In this document: positions 63,620 through 64,000 of the stretch, piece by piece | Layout of the letters: every line of letters starts with the position of its first letter | Numbering within the stretch: position 1 is the stretch's first letter | Assembly (NCBI GenBank): GCA_028534125.1 | Contig: CM052816.1 | Location: forward strand, 58,344,001-58,408,000 | From: Lama glama | Taxonomy: Eukaryota | Direction of reading: 5' to 3' | DNA length: 64,000 nucleotides | Position numbers and translations under genes: made by a program | Notes under the pieces: generated by a model | Told to the model about the DNA's origin: nothing | The model's input: only the letters and a program-made list of their open reading frames with translations | Database searches by the model: none

Positions 63620-64000
63620 TATTAGTGTACTTTATTAAATGGAAATTATGCTTTAAAAATGTTCATTGTAGAAAACTGTTGACTCAAGATTATGAATTTA
63701 GTCAAAGAATGACATATTCTGTAACTTGATTCTGCAAATTTGTTGTAATTTTCTTCTATGAATTTTGTGACTAACAAAGTCATTTCTAAAAAGGAACGGA
63801 CATTTGAATTTTCTCCAATAGAAGTAAAAATTGAGACACTCTCTCCCCCTCCCCCCCAAAAAGGGGAACAAAACAAAAAATGAGAATGTAGACAGGAAGG
63901 GAAGGAAGAAGTGGAAAAGAGCAAAGATAACTTAGGGAACCAGTAAAGTAGGTTGAAAAATCTGATTAATAGGAATTCCAGATATGAGAACGGTGAAAAT

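Overview
Mammalian genomic DNA, most likely a camelid, judging from six tRNA-Ala-derived Vic-1-type SINEs and camelid-type L1 3' ends. The window holds a complete 17-exon MCCC2 gene (3-methylcrotonyl-CoA carboxylase beta subunit) on the minus strand. The ATG is at 60151 and the stop at 3604-3606; the exons sum to 1692 nt (563 aa) with no frameshift or premature stop. It has a CpG-island promoter at ~59850-60490 and a likely distal poly(A) site at ~900. Upstream on the + strand is a full-length, TSD-flanked RPS12 processed pseudogene. The rest is introns full of L1, L2, MIR, MaLR/ERV LTR and hAT/MER fossils. Most notable observations: a cluster of non-conservative substitutions in normally near-invariant active-site motifs (e.g. 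MGSCTAGGAY to [10 protein letters not shown]); two GC-AG introns plus a GAG acceptor; an in-frame 66-nt candidate cassette exon lying antisense inside an ancient RTE-type RT fossil; a SINE with an apparent 3' transduction; and a CpG-rich solo LTR just past the poly(A) site. I found no evidence of a wholly new multi-gene system. Repeat family names and comparisons with human MCCC2 are from memory, not database searches, and repeat boundaries are approximate unless a TSD is cited.
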